Assembly (NCBI GenBank): GCA_027021705.1
Contig: JALUTT010000002.1
Location: 1 to 64,000, forward strand
DNA from: Anaerolineae bacterium
Lineage (GTDB): Bacteria > Chloroflexota > Anaerolineae > S140-20
Length of the DNA: 64,000 nt
Direction: 5' to 3'
Positions 1 through 9,821 of this stretch are shown here, one piece after another; positions within the stretch are counted from its first letter, which is position 1, and each line of letters begins with the position of its first letter. The notes beneath the pieces are model-generated. The model searched no databases. It saw only the letters and a program-made list of their open reading frames with translations, and had not been told where the DNA came from. The translations under genes and the position numbers were made by a program.

Positions 1-2
1 CA

Positions 3-674
3 CGGAGCCGGGAGGAATGGGAGCAGAAGCTGGAGCAGATGCGGGCCCGGTCCGAGGAGGAGGCAAGGCGAGATCGGGAGGCGTGGGAGAAGAAGCTGGC
101 GGAGATGTGGGCGCGGTGGGAGGCGGCGGCAGAGCGGGACCGGCAGGCGTGGGAGAAGAAGCTGGCGGAGGAACGACGCGCCTGGAACAAGCGGTGGGGA
201 GAGCTCGCCAATCGGCTGGGGACCGTCGTCGAAGACATCGTAGCTCCTAACATCCCCCGGATCGCTCGGGACTACTTTGGCCTTCCGGCGATCGAGGACT
301 TCATGATCCGTCGCAAAGTCCGCCACAAGCGGGATCGGACCCGGCGGCGGGAGTTTGACGTGATCGCCGTGGGGGAGGATTGGGTGATCATCAACGAGAC
401 GAAGACCTCTCCCAGGATCGAGGACATCCGCGACTTCATCAAGGCGCTGGAGGAGATCGAGGATTACTTCCCGGAGTACCGGGGGAAACGGGTTATCCCG
501 ATCTTCGCGTCCCTGTATATGGGCGAGGATATGGTGAACTACCTGACCCGACACCGAATCTACGCGATGGCGATGGGCGACGAAACGATGGACCTGCTTA
601 ACTTTCAGGCGTTGGGAGATCAAGGGATCCGGCAACCTCGCCAGGACAGCGCGGGAACCGGTTCTGTCTCCTAG
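3..674 (+). CDS. Coiled-coil repeat protein with C-terminal PD-(D/E)XK nuclease-like domain (DUF3782-like), 5' partial
   Basis: Frame is open from the window edge. Repeated AWEKKLAE helix, then LGTVVED...EFDVIAV...INETK, a PD-(D/E)XK-like pattern. Confidence 0.7.
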   Translation, partial: RSREEWEQKLEQMRARSEEEARRDREAWEKKLAEMWARWEAAAERDRQAWEKKLAEERRAWNKRWGELANRLGTVVEDIVAPNIPRIARDYFGLPAIEDFMIRRKVRHKRDRTRRREFDVIAVGEDWVIINETKTSPRIEDIRDFIKALEEIEDYFPEYRGKRVIPIFASLYMGEDMVNYLTRHRIYAMAMGDETMDLLNFQALGDQGIRQPRQDSAGTGSVS

Positions 675-756
675 TCTCCGAAGCCCGGCCTGATAAGCAC
701 CAGGTTCTTTGGGGTCCGATGTACACGCTGACAGAAGCGATCTAGGCGTTCGATGG

Positions 757-2184
757 ATGGGCCGACCCTTCCATGCTTCGGTAGGACTGATACTGCGCCT
801 CCCGCTCCTGGTTGTCCTCTTCACCTTCTTCTTCGCGGTCTCTCCTTCCCCGACTGACCAGACCGCGCTGACGGCCCTGCAGCAGGGTGACGAGCTGAGT
901 GCCGATTCCTGGACGGTAGCCGCCGCAACCTACCGGCAGGCCGTCGCTCGACTTCCCCACGATCCCGAACCCCATCTTCGACTGGGTCAGCTCCATCTCC
1001 GGTGGCAGCGACCGGCTCAGGCCCGGGATGCCTTTTTCGAGGCTGCCCAACGGGGCGGTGATCTCCGGCGCGTTGGGGCCGGGCTGCGGGAGGCCTACGC
1101 TGCCCTGGGGAACTGGGAGGCCGTCGCCACGTTGGCCCGGATGGCGTTGGCCCGCCAGCCGGAGGATCTCGACGCCCTGCAAGACCTGGCCGAGGCCCGC
1201 TTCCGGCAAGGGATGTGGGATGCAGCCTGGGCAGCCTGGGAGCAAGTGCTGGCCCGGCAGCCGTCCGACGCCGACGCTCTCTACCGCCTGGGCCTGATGG
1301 CGGTCGCCTCGGCCGGAGAGACCGCCTCCTTGCCCCTCGGCCTTTCCTACCTGCAGCAGGCTCACCGCCAGACTACCGATCAGGACCGCCGGCAGGCCAT
1401 TGAAACGGTCATCGCTGCGTTGGGGCAGGCTCGGGGCAGCGACGACCCGGCCTATCGCTTCGCCCTCCTGGGGCAGGCCCTCCTGCGCGTCCAAGAGCCC
1501 CGCCTGGCCGCCTACAGCCTCCGGCAGGCTGTCACCCTCAACCCCGCCTACGGGGAGGCCTATGCCTGGTTGGGGCAGGCGCTGGACCTGTTGGGGGAAG
1601 GCGAAGCGGCACTGGATGCCTTGCGGCAAGCGGTGGCGCTGGTTCCCGCCTCTCCCGTAGCCCACACCCTCCTGGGCCTCTACTGGGATCGTCGGGGTGA
1701 GACGACCCTGGCCCGTGCTGCCTACGAGACGGCCTATGACCTGGACCCCACCAACGCGGCCCTCTGCCTGGAGATCGGTGGGACCTATGCCGAGGAAGGG
1801 GCCTTCGTAGCCGCCGAGATCTGGCTTCGGGCCGCGACCTGGCTGGCCCCTCAAGACCCGGAGGTCTGGCTGGCCCTGGCCCGCTTCTACCTGGATCAGG
1901 GGGTGGACCGAGGGCTGGGACCGGCCCAACGGGCCGTCGCGCTGGCCCCTCAGCGGGCCGAAGCCCACGACCTTCTGGGCTGGGCCTACACCCTGCAGGG
2001 CGAGTACGAGCGGGCCCTGGCCGAACTCCAGCAGGCCCTGGCGCTGGACCCCACCTTGGCTTCGGCCTACAAGCACCTAGGCCGTCTTCTAGAGCTCCAA
2101 GGTGATCTCGATGCAGCCCGGCGGGCGTATGCCCGTGCTGCCGATTGGGACCCCCGCTGGAAACCACCCCACGACCAGGAGTGA
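757..2184 (+). CDS. Tetratricopeptide repeat protein with N-terminal hydrophobic anchor
   Basis: Many TPR-type motifs (AYAWLGQAL, AHDLLGWAY, ALALDP). Start codon uncertain (709 or 757). Confidence 0.8.
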   Translation: MGRPFHASVGLILRLPLLVVLFTFFFAVSPSPTDQTALTALQQGDELSADSWTVAAATYRQAVARLPHDPEPHLRLGQLHLRWQRPAQARDAFFEAAQRGGDLRRVGAGLREAYAALGNWEAVATLARMALARQPEDLDALQDLAEARFRQGMWDAAWAAWEQVLARQPSDADALYRLGLMAVASAGETASLPLGLSYLQQAHRQTTDQDRRQAIETVIAALGQARGSDDPAYRFALLGQALLRVQEPRLAAYSLRQAVTLNPAYGEAYAWLGQALDLLGEGEAALDALRQAVALVPASPVAHTLLGLYWDRRGETTLARAAYETAYDLDPTNAALCLEIGGTYAEEGAFVAAEIWLRAATWLAPQDPEVWLALARFYLDQGVDRGLGPAQRAVALAPQRAEAHDLLGWAYTLQGEYERALAELQQALALDPTLASAYKHLGRLLELQGDLDAARRAYARAADWDPRWKPPHDQE

Positions 2185-2987
2185 TGCCTATGCCCACTTA
2201 CGATGTCTCTCCCGACTGCACCATCCATTACCTGGAGCACAACCCTCAGGGCCATCCCCCTGTGCTGCTGCTCCACGGCCTGGGCTCCTGTGGTGAGGAC
2301 TGGGTGCTCCAGGTGACGCCGTTTACGGCGGCGGGCTACCGCCTCATCGCCGCCGATGCCCGGGGGTTTGGGCGTTCCTCCTACCCCGGCGGTGGACTGA
2401 CCGTGCGCCAGATGGCCGAGGATATGGCCCGGCTGCTGGAAGGGATTCAGGCGGCACCCGCTCACGTCGTCGGCATCTCGATGGGGGGGACGCTGGCGCT
2501 TCAGTTGGCCCTGGATCACCCGGACCTGGTGCGCCGGCTGGTGCTGGTCAACACCTTCGCCCGGCTGCGCCCTCGCAGCCTCCGAGGTTGGGCCTATGTC
2601 CTCCTGCGGGGGGTGCTGGTTCACACTCTGGGGTTGCCCACCCAGGCCCGGATGGTTGCCCGGCGCATCTTCCCCAAGCCGGAGCAGGCCCCGTACCGCG
2701 AAGTCCTCTACCAGCGGATCACTCAGACCAACCCGGCGGCCTACCGGGCTGCCATGCGGGCTCTGGTCCGCTTCGATGTGATGGACCGACTGGGCGAAGT
2801 CCGCGCCCCCACCCTGGTCGTCACCGGCTCCGAGGACACCACGGTGTCGCCGGAAGAGCAGGCCCACCTGGTGCGGGGGATTCCCAACGTCCGCCAGGTA
2901 GTCATCGAGGGAGGCGGACACGCCGTCATCCTCGATCACGCCGAAGCCTTCAATCAGGCGGTGCTAGACTTTTTGGGCGAGGATTGA
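2184..2987 (+). CDS. Alpha/beta hydrolase
   Basis: LLHGLG, nucleophile elbow GISMGG, C-terminal Asp (ED) and GH. ATG overlaps the upstream TGA. Confidence 0.9.
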   Translation: MPMPTYDVSPDCTIHYLEHNPQGHPPVLLLHGLGSCGEDWVLQVTPFTAAGYRLIAADARGFGRSSYPGGGLTVRQMAEDMARLLEGIQAAPAHVVGISMGGTLALQLALDHPDLVRRLVLVNTFARLRPRSLRGWAYVLLRGVLVHTLGLPTQARMVARRIFPKPEQAPYREVLYQRITQTNPAAYRAAMRALVRFDVMDRLGEVRAPTLVVTGSEDTTVSPEEQAHLVRGIPNVRQVVIEGGGHAVILDHAEAFNQAVLDFLGED

Positions 2988-3601
2988 GGGGAGAGGATCG
3001 CCGCCAGCTCGCTCAGCACCATCGCCGTCGCTCCCCAGACCTGGTGGCCCTGGATGGCGTAGAAGGGGATGCGGACCGGCTGCCCCCTGAGCTCCCGGAG
3101 CTCCTGACGACGGATCGTGGGGTCGAAGAGGGCAGCGAGGGGAACCGGGATGACCTCGGCCACTTCGACGGGATCGGGGTGGAAGCGGGGTCGGTAGGGC
3201 AGGTAGGCGACGAAGGGCGTGATCTGGAACCCGCTGGGCGGGATGTAGAGGGGTGTCAGCGAGCCCAGCATCTCCAGACCGTCCAGGGAGATGCCCAACT
3301 CCTCCCTTGTCTCTCGCAAGGCCGTCTCTGCCAGCGGCTCCCCCGGCTCCCGGGCCCCTCCCGGCAGGGAGATCTGGCCCTTGTGGTTCTCCACCTGTTC
3401 GGTGCGTCGGGTTAGGGGGAAGCAGAGGGCGTCGTCGCAGGGGTAGAGGAGGATGAGGACGCCGGCCTCCCGGACCCGCTCCGGCGGGGGCATGCGCCGC
3501 AGCATCTCCCACCGATAGGAGGGGGCCATGCGCATCTGGGCGGCCAGCCCTGGACGGGGCCGGTGTCGCAGCGCGGTGCGGATCTGCTCCAGCGTCATCA
3601 T
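2954..3601 (-). CDS. Nudix hydrolase, CoA pyrophosphatase type
   Basis: HKGQISLPGG...ETALRETREELG Nudix box and VWGATA motif. Confidence 0.9.
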   Translation of the reverse strand: MMTLEQIRTALRHRPRPGLAAQMRMAPSYRWEMLRRMPPPERVREAGVLILLYPCDDALCFPLTRRTEQVENHKGQISLPGGAREPGEPLAETALRETREELGISLDGLEMLGSLTPLYIPPSGFQITPFVAYLPYRPRFHPDPVEVAEVIPVPLAALFDPTIRRQELRELRGQPVRIPFYAIQGHQVWGATAMVLSELAAILSPQSSPKKSSTA

Positions 3602-3984
3602 TGGGCGACCACGAAGGCGATGGCCATCTCCGCCGTGTGGGAGAGGCTGATCGCCCACTCATCCAGCCCCAGTTCGGCGGCCCGTTCGGCGGCGCGACCG
3701 TACAGGTAGATGTGAGGCTTGCCCCGCCCGTCGGGGAGGACTTCGACGTCTCGCCAGCCGATGCCGTCGGAGGCCATCATCCGCATCCCCACGCCCAGGG
3801 CTTTGCTCACCGCTTCCTTGGCGGCGAAGCGGGCCGCCAACTCCGCCACCCGTCCGCGGCAGTAGAGGACCTCGGCGGGGGTGTAGACCCGCTGCAGGAA
3901 CCGCTCCCCGTAGCGGTGGACCAACCGCTCGACGCGCTTCAGTTCAACCAGGTCCACGCCGGTCGTCAACATCGGTATCGGCAC
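3598..3984 (-). CDS. acpS: Holo-[acyl-carrier-protein] synthase
   Basis: GVDLVE, ARFAAKEAVSKALG, ISLSH motifs. Confidence 0.95.
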   Translation of the reverse strand: MPIPMLTTGVDLVELKRVERLVHRYGERFLQRVYTPAEVLYCRGRVAELAARFAAKEAVSKALGVGMRMMASDGIGWRDVEVLPDGRGKPHIYLYGRAAERAAELGLDEWAISLSHTAEMAIAFVVAQ

Positions 3985-4013
3985 ATTGGACTACCTGACC
4001 CCTCTCTCAGGGA

Positions 4014-4108
4014 CCCTCCCGCAGGTTTCTCCCCCGGCCCGTAGCGCGTTACAAGCAGCCTCCGATAAGCCATTGCTGTCGTCAGGCACTACATGACCTG
4101 CGGGAGGG
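4014..4108. repeat. Palindromic element with a 13-bp inverted repeat (CCCTCCCGCAGGT...ACCTGCGGGAGGG) shared with the MITE family
   Basis: IRs at 4014-4026 and 4096-4108, separated by 69 nt. Confidence 0.75.
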
Positions 4109-4285
4109 CGATAAGTCAGGACATCAAGGGCTGTCGGTCTTCTGAACGATGAGCCGCCAGCAGGCTCAAGGGCCTGCTTCGCCCGTATTATACCCGTTTT
4201 GGTCTTCCTTGTCACTTGCGGGTGGAAAACGGGGCGGGGGTCCCACCGGGGACCCCCGCTCGCGCTGTTCGCTGCGGTGATCGGC

Positions 4286-4561
4286 TCATTCCTTGTCCTT
4301 GTGCCCGGCTGCGCTCTTCTCCGGCTTCTCGGCGCTGTCCTTTCTCCCGTTCTTGCGGGAACGATCGGTCCCAGCGTTGCCAGAGCGCCGGTGGTCGGTG
4401 ATGTAGAAGCCGGACCCCTTGAAGATGATGCCGGGCGGCTGGAGGAGACGCCGCACCGGCCCACCACACTCCGGGCACGTGGTCAGGAAGGGGTCGCCTT
4501 TGCGCTGCAACCGCTCGAACCGGATTCCACACTCCTGGCACTGGTATTCGAAGATCGGCAT
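4286..4561 (-). CDS. FmdB-family zinc-ribbon protein
   Basis: MPIFEYQCQECG...CPECG...IIFKGSGFYITD. Confidence 0.9.
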   Translation of the reverse strand: MPIFEYQCQECGIRFERLQRKGDPFLTTCPECGGPVRRLLQPPGIIFKGSGFYITDHRRSGNAGTDRSRKNGRKDSAEKPEKSAAGHKDKE

Positions 4562-4599
4562 CGCCCACTCTCCCACTTCAGAGGTTCGACAACGGTCGG

Positions 4600-4628
4600 A
4601 TTATACTCCCAACACGCTGCTTTGACAA
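4600..4628 (-). promoter_or_regulatory. Sigma70-type promoter for the FmdB-like gene
   Basis: Minus strand TTGTCA-17nt-TATAAT. Confidence 0.65.
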
Positions 4629-4644
4629 GCGCCACCACGCGACG

Positions 4645-5355
4645 CTAGGGTCCCGGCGTCGCCAGGGGCACCGGCGTCAGCATCAGGGAGGGGATGGTCG
4701 GCGTCGGCGAAGGCGTCCAGGTCGGTGTGGGCGTTCCCGCTGGCGTGGGGGATGGTGTCGTCGTCACCGTTCCGGTCACGGTCATCGTGGCTGTGACCTC
4801 CAAGGTCGCTGTCGGCGTTGGCGTCGGCGTCGGCGGGAACGGCGGCTTCTCCACCAGCTCCTTCAGGTCGTTTCCCACGCCTGCCGGCATCAGGTGAACC
4901 TTGTCCTCGCCGGGTCGGCGGACGTAGAAGGCAGCCTTGTTGGGGCTTCGGTCGCCCACGAAGAGCTGCTTCGTCGTCCCGTCCTGCAAAGTCAGGGTGA
5001 CGGTGAGGGCAGGCTGGGCCAGCCCGAAGGTATCCCAGTCGTCCACCGGCCCCAGCGTGCGGGTAGCCCGGCTGGTGGCCAGCGATTCCACGATGCGCTT
5101 CACCCGTGGCTGGTCCGCTTCCTTCTCCTCCGGGGCCGTCAACCGCCAGTTCCCCTCTTCGTCACGCTCCAGGCGTACCGGGCTCTGTCCATCGTCCACC
5201 TCCAGCCCGGTGATCTCCTCAGCAGCCACACCCACCAACGGTTCGCCGCCACTCGCCTCCGACCTCTTCTCGCCGCCCCGGATCTCGAAGAAGTAGACGT
5301 AGCCGCCCAACAGCAGGAAGATCGCCACCAGGATCAGGGTCGTTCGTCGGCTCAT
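4645..5355 (-). CDS. DUF4340 domain protein with Pro/Thr-rich tail
   Basis: N-terminal TM helix, FGLAQP and LFVGDRSP motifs. Last gene of the Gld-type ABC operon. Confidence 0.75.
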   Translation of the reverse strand: MSRRTTLILVAIFLLLGGYVYFFEIRGGEKRSEASGGEPLVGVAAEEITGLEVDDGQSPVRLERDEEGNWRLTAPEEKEADQPRVKRIVESLATSRATRTLGPVDDWDTFGLAQPALTVTLTLQDGTTKQLFVGDRSPNKAAFYVRRPGEDKVHLMPAGVGNDLKELVEKPPFPPTPTPTPTATLEVTATMTVTGTVTTTPSPTPAGTPTPTWTPSPTPTIPSLMLTPVPLATPGP

Positions 5356-5359
5356 CCTC

Positions 5360-6943
5360 TCACCTCCTCTGCCACCAGACGATCAGCCCGACCAGGGCGA
5401 CCAGGAGGGGCAGGAACAGGATGCTGGAGTAGAAGACGAAGCGCATCTGCGGTCCGGTCATCACCACCGGGCGCGGCCCAAACTGCTTCGGGGGGATGGA
5501 GATAATCGCTTCCTCCTCGGCCAGCCAGTTGATGGCGTTGAGGAAGAACAGCCCGTTGCCCAAGCTGCCGACGAAGGCGTTGGAGGCGAAATCGCTGTCC
5601 CCGATGACCACCAGCCGCGTCTTGCGCGAGGTGGCCTCCTCTTGCTCCTCGGAGCCCAGGGCCGCGTCCGCCTCCACCGTGGCGGCCAGGTCCACCGGCC
5701 CCCGCTTGTCCTCACCCGGGTTGAAGACGACCTGGCGGTCTGCTACGTTCATCTCCGCCCAACTCTCGTTGCTGGTGCGGATGAGGGACTGGTACCGGGG
5801 AACACCCGGCATATTCTGGAGGGCCTGGTCCATCTCCTCCTGCTCGACCGGTCGGGCGTGGGGCAGGAAGATCATCGGCAGGTCTTCGGTGATCTGGCTG
5901 TAGGGGTAGCGGGTGACGACCGGGGAGGCGACATCGTTCAGCAGGGAACTGCTCACATCAATGACCAGCCCATCGCCAAAGCGGACGTACCAGGGGCTGA
6001 GCACTTCGTTCAACCCGGCCTCATTGCCGGGGTCCTGGAGCACCAGCGCCTTGCCGGCCTTGAGCAGGTAGGAGCGGATCGCCTTCTGCTCTTCCTCCAG
6101 CAACGGCTTCTTAGGCGCAGCGATGACCAGGGCGGCGGCGTCGGCCGGCACCGTCCGGCTGATGGTCAGGTTAAGCGGGCGGACCTCGTAGTTGTTCATC
6201 TCCAGCGCCCGCTTGATCTGACTGTAGCCATCTTCGCCAAAGCTCTCGATGTCCCGCTCCCCGTGGCCCGTTAGGAAGTAGATTACCTTGGGGCGCTCCC
6301 GGGATACCTTCAGGATGGCGCTGGTGATGTCCTGTTCGCTGACGCTGTAGATCCGTTGCTCCTTCTCACCTCGGCGGAAGATGAGGACCCCGTAGCTGGT
6401 GACATTGTACTGCCGGGCCAGAGCCGGCTTCTCGTCAGGGTCAATCAGTTGGAACTTGATCTTGTCGGAGTAGAACTGGTACTCGCGCATCAGGTCTTCC
6501 AGGTCCCCCCAGCGGCGGTCCCGCTGCGAGAAGAAGGCGGTGATCTCCACCGGCTCCTGCAACTCTGCCAGCACCTGGCGGGTGGCCGGGGAGAGGGTGT
6601 ACTGCTTCAGTTCCGTCAGGTCAACCCGCTGAGGGTGGCGGTTGGCGATGAAGTTCACCAGCACCAGGATGCCCAGGAAGGCCAGGGTCATCAGCGCGGC
6701 GTTGGAACTGTAGCGGGCGCTCCGACCGGTGAGGGCTGCCCGCACCTGGGCCGGTCGGGCCAGGACGAAGAGGCCGATCAGCAGCAAGCCGGCGGCCAAC
6801 AGCCCTTCGGCCAGAGTGTTCAGCCGCCCCAGGATGAGCCAGATGCCCAGGGCCACGGCCAGCATCATCAGTCCGAGGCCGGCTCCGTAAGGGCTAAGCC
6901 GCTCCAGGTGAGGTCGCAAACCTTTCACCTTGGTCCCGATCAT
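5360..6943 (-). CDS. GldG-family ABC transporter auxiliary component
   Basis: DLTELKQYTLS, YFLTGHGE, VVIGDSDF, NAINWL motifs. Confidence 0.85.
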   Translation of the reverse strand: MIGTKVKGLRPHLERLSPYGAGLGLMMLAVALGIWLILGRLNTLAEGLLAAGLLLIGLFVLARPAQVRAALTGRSARYSSNAALMTLAFLGILVLVNFIANRHPQRVDLTELKQYTLSPATRQVLAELQEPVEITAFFSQRDRRWGDLEDLMREYQFYSDKIKFQLIDPDEKPALARQYNVTSYGVLIFRRGEKEQRIYSVSEQDITSAILKVSRERPKVIYFLTGHGERDIESFGEDGYSQIKRALEMNNYEVRPLNLTISRTVPADAAALVIAAPKKPLLEEEQKAIRSYLLKAGKALVLQDPGNEAGLNEVLSPWYVRFGDGLVIDVSSSLLNDVASPVVTRYPYSQITEDLPMIFLPHARPVEQEEMDQALQNMPGVPRYQSLIRTSNESWAEMNVADRQVVFNPGEDKRGPVDLAATVEADAALGSEEQEEATSRKTRLVVIGDSDFASNAFVGSLGNGLFFLNAINWLAEEEAIISIPPKQFGPRPVVMTGPQMRFVFYSSILFLPLLVALVGLIVWWQRR

Positions 6944-7650
6944 CGCCACCTCCTCGTCTCCAGGACGCGGGTCGCCAGGAAGATGCCAGCAACGATAACG
7001 CTCAGGTAGTAGATCACGTCCCGGCTATCCACGACGCCCCGGGTGAAGTCGTTGAAGTGCTGGTTCAGGGAGAGGTAGTCGAGCACCCCGGCAATCGGCG
7101 GGCCGAAGAAGTTCCCCACGGCATCAATCAGCCAGAGGATCAACCCTAGGCCGACCCCCAAGATCGCCGCCACGATCTGGTTGCGGGTCAGCGCCGAGGT
7201 GAAGAGGCCGATGGAGAGGATGGAGGAGCCGAAGAGGAGCAAGCCCAGGTAGCCGGCCGCCGTGGCCTGCAGGTCAGGCTCTCCAAAGCGGGCCAGGATG
7301 AAGGGATAGTAGAGGGTCAAGGCCAGGATGAGCAGGAAGAGGCTTAGGCTGGCCAGGAACTTGCCCAGCACTACCTCCCAATCGCGCACCGGTGCGGTGA
7401 GGAGCAACTCGATGGTTCCCGAGCGTTGCTCCTCGGCCAGCAGCCGCATCGTCAGCAGCGGCCCCACGAAGAGCAGGATCACCATCAGGTTGCCGAAGAG
7501 GTAACGCAGCGTCGCCTCGCGGGTGAGGTTCAGGATGGCGGCGAAGAGGTAGCCGGAGATGGCAAGAAAGGCCGCCGTGACCACGTAGGCGATGGGCGAG
7601 GTGAAGTAGGCGACCAGCTCCCGCCGAGCGATGGTCAGCGCATTCCGCAT
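6940..7650 (-). CDS. ABC-2 type permease (GldF-like)
   Basis: ARRELVAYFTSPIAY, MRLLAEEQRSGTIELLLTAP, multiple TM helices. Confidence 0.9.
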   Translation of the reverse strand: MRNALTIARRELVAYFTSPIAYVVTAAFLAISGYLFAAILNLTREATLRYLFGNLMVILLFVGPLLTMRLLAEEQRSGTIELLLTAPVRDWEVVLGKFLASLSLFLLILALTLYYPFILARFGEPDLQATAAGYLGLLLFGSSILSIGLFTSALTRNQIVAAILGVGLGLILWLIDAVGNFFGPPIAGVLDYLSLNQHFNDFTRGVVDSRDVIYYLSVIVAGIFLATRVLETRRWR

Positions 7651-7652
7651 CG

Positions 7653-8564
7653 TCACTCCTCCGTCGTCAATTGCAGGAAGACTTCCTCCAAGGTCATCCC
7701 GATGGGGCGCATCTCCAGGAGGTCCCATCCGCCCTGAACAACGGTACGGGCGATAGCGGCACGGGTCGCATCGTCCAGATGGCCGACCAGCTCAAAGCCC
7801 CCATCCTTCTCCTCCACGGAAGAGACCCTGTCCAAGGCGTTCAATGCCTGGACCAGGGCGGGCGTCGCCCCGTTCACCCGCAGGTAGAGCCGTTCGGCTC
7901 CTTGCAACTGGGCAGCCAGTTCCTCAGGGGTGGCGTCGGCCACGATGCGCCCCTGGTTGATGATGAGCACCCGGTTGCAGACCTGGCTCACCTCCGGCAG
8001 GATGTGGGTGCTGAGGATGATCGTCCGCTCCTGCCCGAGCTCCTTGATGAGGCTGCGGACCTCGATGATCTGCTTGGGGTCCAGGCCGATGGTGGGCTCG
8101 TCCAGGATCAGGACCTCCGGGTCGTGAAGCAGGGCCTGAGCCAGGCCCACCCGCTGGCGATACCCCTTGGAGAGGTGGCCGATGATCTCGTCGGCCTTGT
8201 CGGCCGCGTGGCAGGTCTCCAGAGCCCGTTCAATAGCCTCGTCGCGGTTGGGCACCCGGCGCAGGCGGGCCATGAAGTCGAGGTAACTCCAGACCGTCAT
8301 CTCCGGGTAGAGGGGCACGGTCTCGGGCATGTAGCCGATGTGCCGCCGGGCTTCCAACGATTGGGTGAAGACATCGTAGCCGGCCACGCGGGCCGTGCCC
8401 GCTGTGGGGGGGAGGTAGCCGGTCAGCATCCGCATCGTCGTCGTCTTGCCGGCCCCGTTGGGGCCCAGGAACCCGACCACCTCACCCTGCTTGATGTGGA
8501 AGTTCAGGTCCTCGACGGCTACGACGTTCCCGTAGTGGCGGGTCAGTCCTTGAACCTCGATCAT
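7653..8564 (-). CDS. ABC transporter ATP-binding protein (GldA-like)
   Basis: Walker A GPNGAGKTT, signature LSKGYRQR, Walker B ILDEPT. Confidence 0.95.
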   Translation of the reverse strand: MIEVQGLTRHYGNVVAVEDLNFHIKQGEVVGFLGPNGAGKTTTMRMLTGYLPPTAGTARVAGYDVFTQSLEARRHIGYMPETVPLYPEMTVWSYLDFMARLRRVPNRDEAIERALETCHAADKADEIIGHLSKGYRQRVGLAQALLHDPEVLILDEPTIGLDPKQIIEVRSLIKELGQERTIILSTHILPEVSQVCNRVLIINQGRIVADATPEELAAQLQGAERLYLRVNGATPALVQALNALDRVSSVEEKDGGFELVGHLDDATRAAIARTVVQGGWDLLEMRPIGMTLEEVFLQLTTEE

Positions 8565-8583
8565 CCGAGTGCCTCCCGAGTGC

Positions 8584-8653
8584 GAGTTGCGAGTTGCGAG
8601 TTGCAAATTGCAAATTGCAAATTGCAAATTGCAGATGGCAAACTGCAGCTAGC
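8584..8653. repeat. Degenerate heptamer tandem array (GAGTTGC/AAATTGC)
   Basis: About 10 consecutive 7-mers. Confidence 0.85.
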
Positions 8654-8852
8654 AGAAAAGGATGCGCCGGAAGGTGCGGCGGAAGCGGTGGGGCAAAGGA
8701 TGTCGGTGGGTGATGGGCGCAGGGACGGCGGCAAAGGGCGCACCTCCCGGCCTGGTCTGACCAACTCTCAAGGATACTCCCGTTGTGTTAGAAGAACACT
8801 AGAGAAAGCTTAGAAGAAGCTTAGAATTGGGGGGGAACAGGGGGAGGACAGC

Positions 8853-8881
8853 TTGTCGGGGGGGAAAAGGGCGGTTATAAT
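8853..8881 (+). promoter_or_regulatory. Sigma70-type promoter for rsmG
   Basis: TTGTCG-17nt-TATAAT. Confidence 0.65.
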
Positions 8882-8921
8882 GCCCTGTGGAGAGCCGGAC
8901 GTTGGTGGGAAATGGGATGCG

Positions 8922-9707
8922 ATGATCGCCTTACCCGTGGAGCGGTTGATGCTGGAAATGCTGGTCGAAGGCGCCCGGCAGTTGGGCCTCACCCTCACGC
9001 CGGCCCAACTCGCCGCCTTCCAGACCTACTACGAGGAGCTCGTCGTCTGGAACCGGCGCTTCAACCTGACCGCCATCACCGACTACCAGGCAGTCCAGGT
9101 GCGTCATTTCCTCGACTCTCTCTCCTGTCTGCTGGCCCTTCGGACGGTTGGGGGGCGGCCAGGGAGAGCCCCGAGGAAACCTTCGGTGGCCGGAGATGGG
9201 TTGCGGGTGATAGACGTGGGCACAGGGGCGGGGTTCCCCGGCCTGCCCCTCAAGATCGTCTGCCCCGAGATGCGGCTGACCTTGCTGGAGGCGACAGGGA
9301 AGAAGACCCGCTTTCTGGAGCACATCGTGGCCCGGCTGGGCCTGCGCCGGGTGACGGTGATCCACGGGCGGGCGGAGGAGCTGGGGCACGTGCCGGGCCA
9401 TCGGGAGGGCTACGACTGGGTGCTGGCCCGCGCCGTGGCCGAGATGCCGACGTTGGCCGAGTACTTGCTCCCGCTCTGTCGGGTGGGAGGGCATTGCCTG
9501 GCCCAGAAGGGGGAGGATGCGCCGGCCGAGGTGACGCGGGCCGAGCGGGCGATCACCCTGCTGGGAGGTGAGGTCAACCGGCTGATCCCGGTGGAGCTGC
9601 CCGGCCTGGCCGAGACCCGCTACCTGGTGGTGGTGGACAAGGTGGCGACGACGCCGGAGAAGTATCCCCGCCGACCGGGTATCCCCTCTAAGCGTCCACT
9701 GCGGTGA
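8922..9707 (+). CDS. rsmG: 16S rRNA m7G527 methyltransferase
   Basis: WNRRFNLTAI, HFLDS, DVGTGAGFPG, ARAVA, KYPRRPG motifs. Confidence 0.95.
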   Translation: MIALPVERLMLEMLVEGARQLGLTLTPAQLAAFQTYYEELVVWNRRFNLTAITDYQAVQVRHFLDSLSCLLALRTVGGRPGRAPRKPSVAGDGLRVIDVGTGAGFPGLPLKIVCPEMRLTLLEATGKKTRFLEHIVARLGLRRVTVIHGRAEELGHVPGHREGYDWVLARAVAEMPTLAEYLLPLCRVGGHCLAQKGEDAPAEVTRAERAITLLGGEVNRLIPVELPGLAETRYLVVVDKVATTPEKYPRRPGIPSKRPLR

Positions 9708-9821
9708 CGAAGGGGCGCGGACTTGCGCGATAAACATTTTCGTGTATAATTCCTGTGCCCTTTTGTAGACTTCTCGATGGGGTGGACGGGGCACTCCGTG
9801 CCATAGCTTAAGGCGAGGTGG

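Noticed and set aside
4645..8564. Gliding motility locus
   Set aside because: GldA/F/G-like ABC sets are widespread outside Bacteroidota, and no other gld/spr genes are present.
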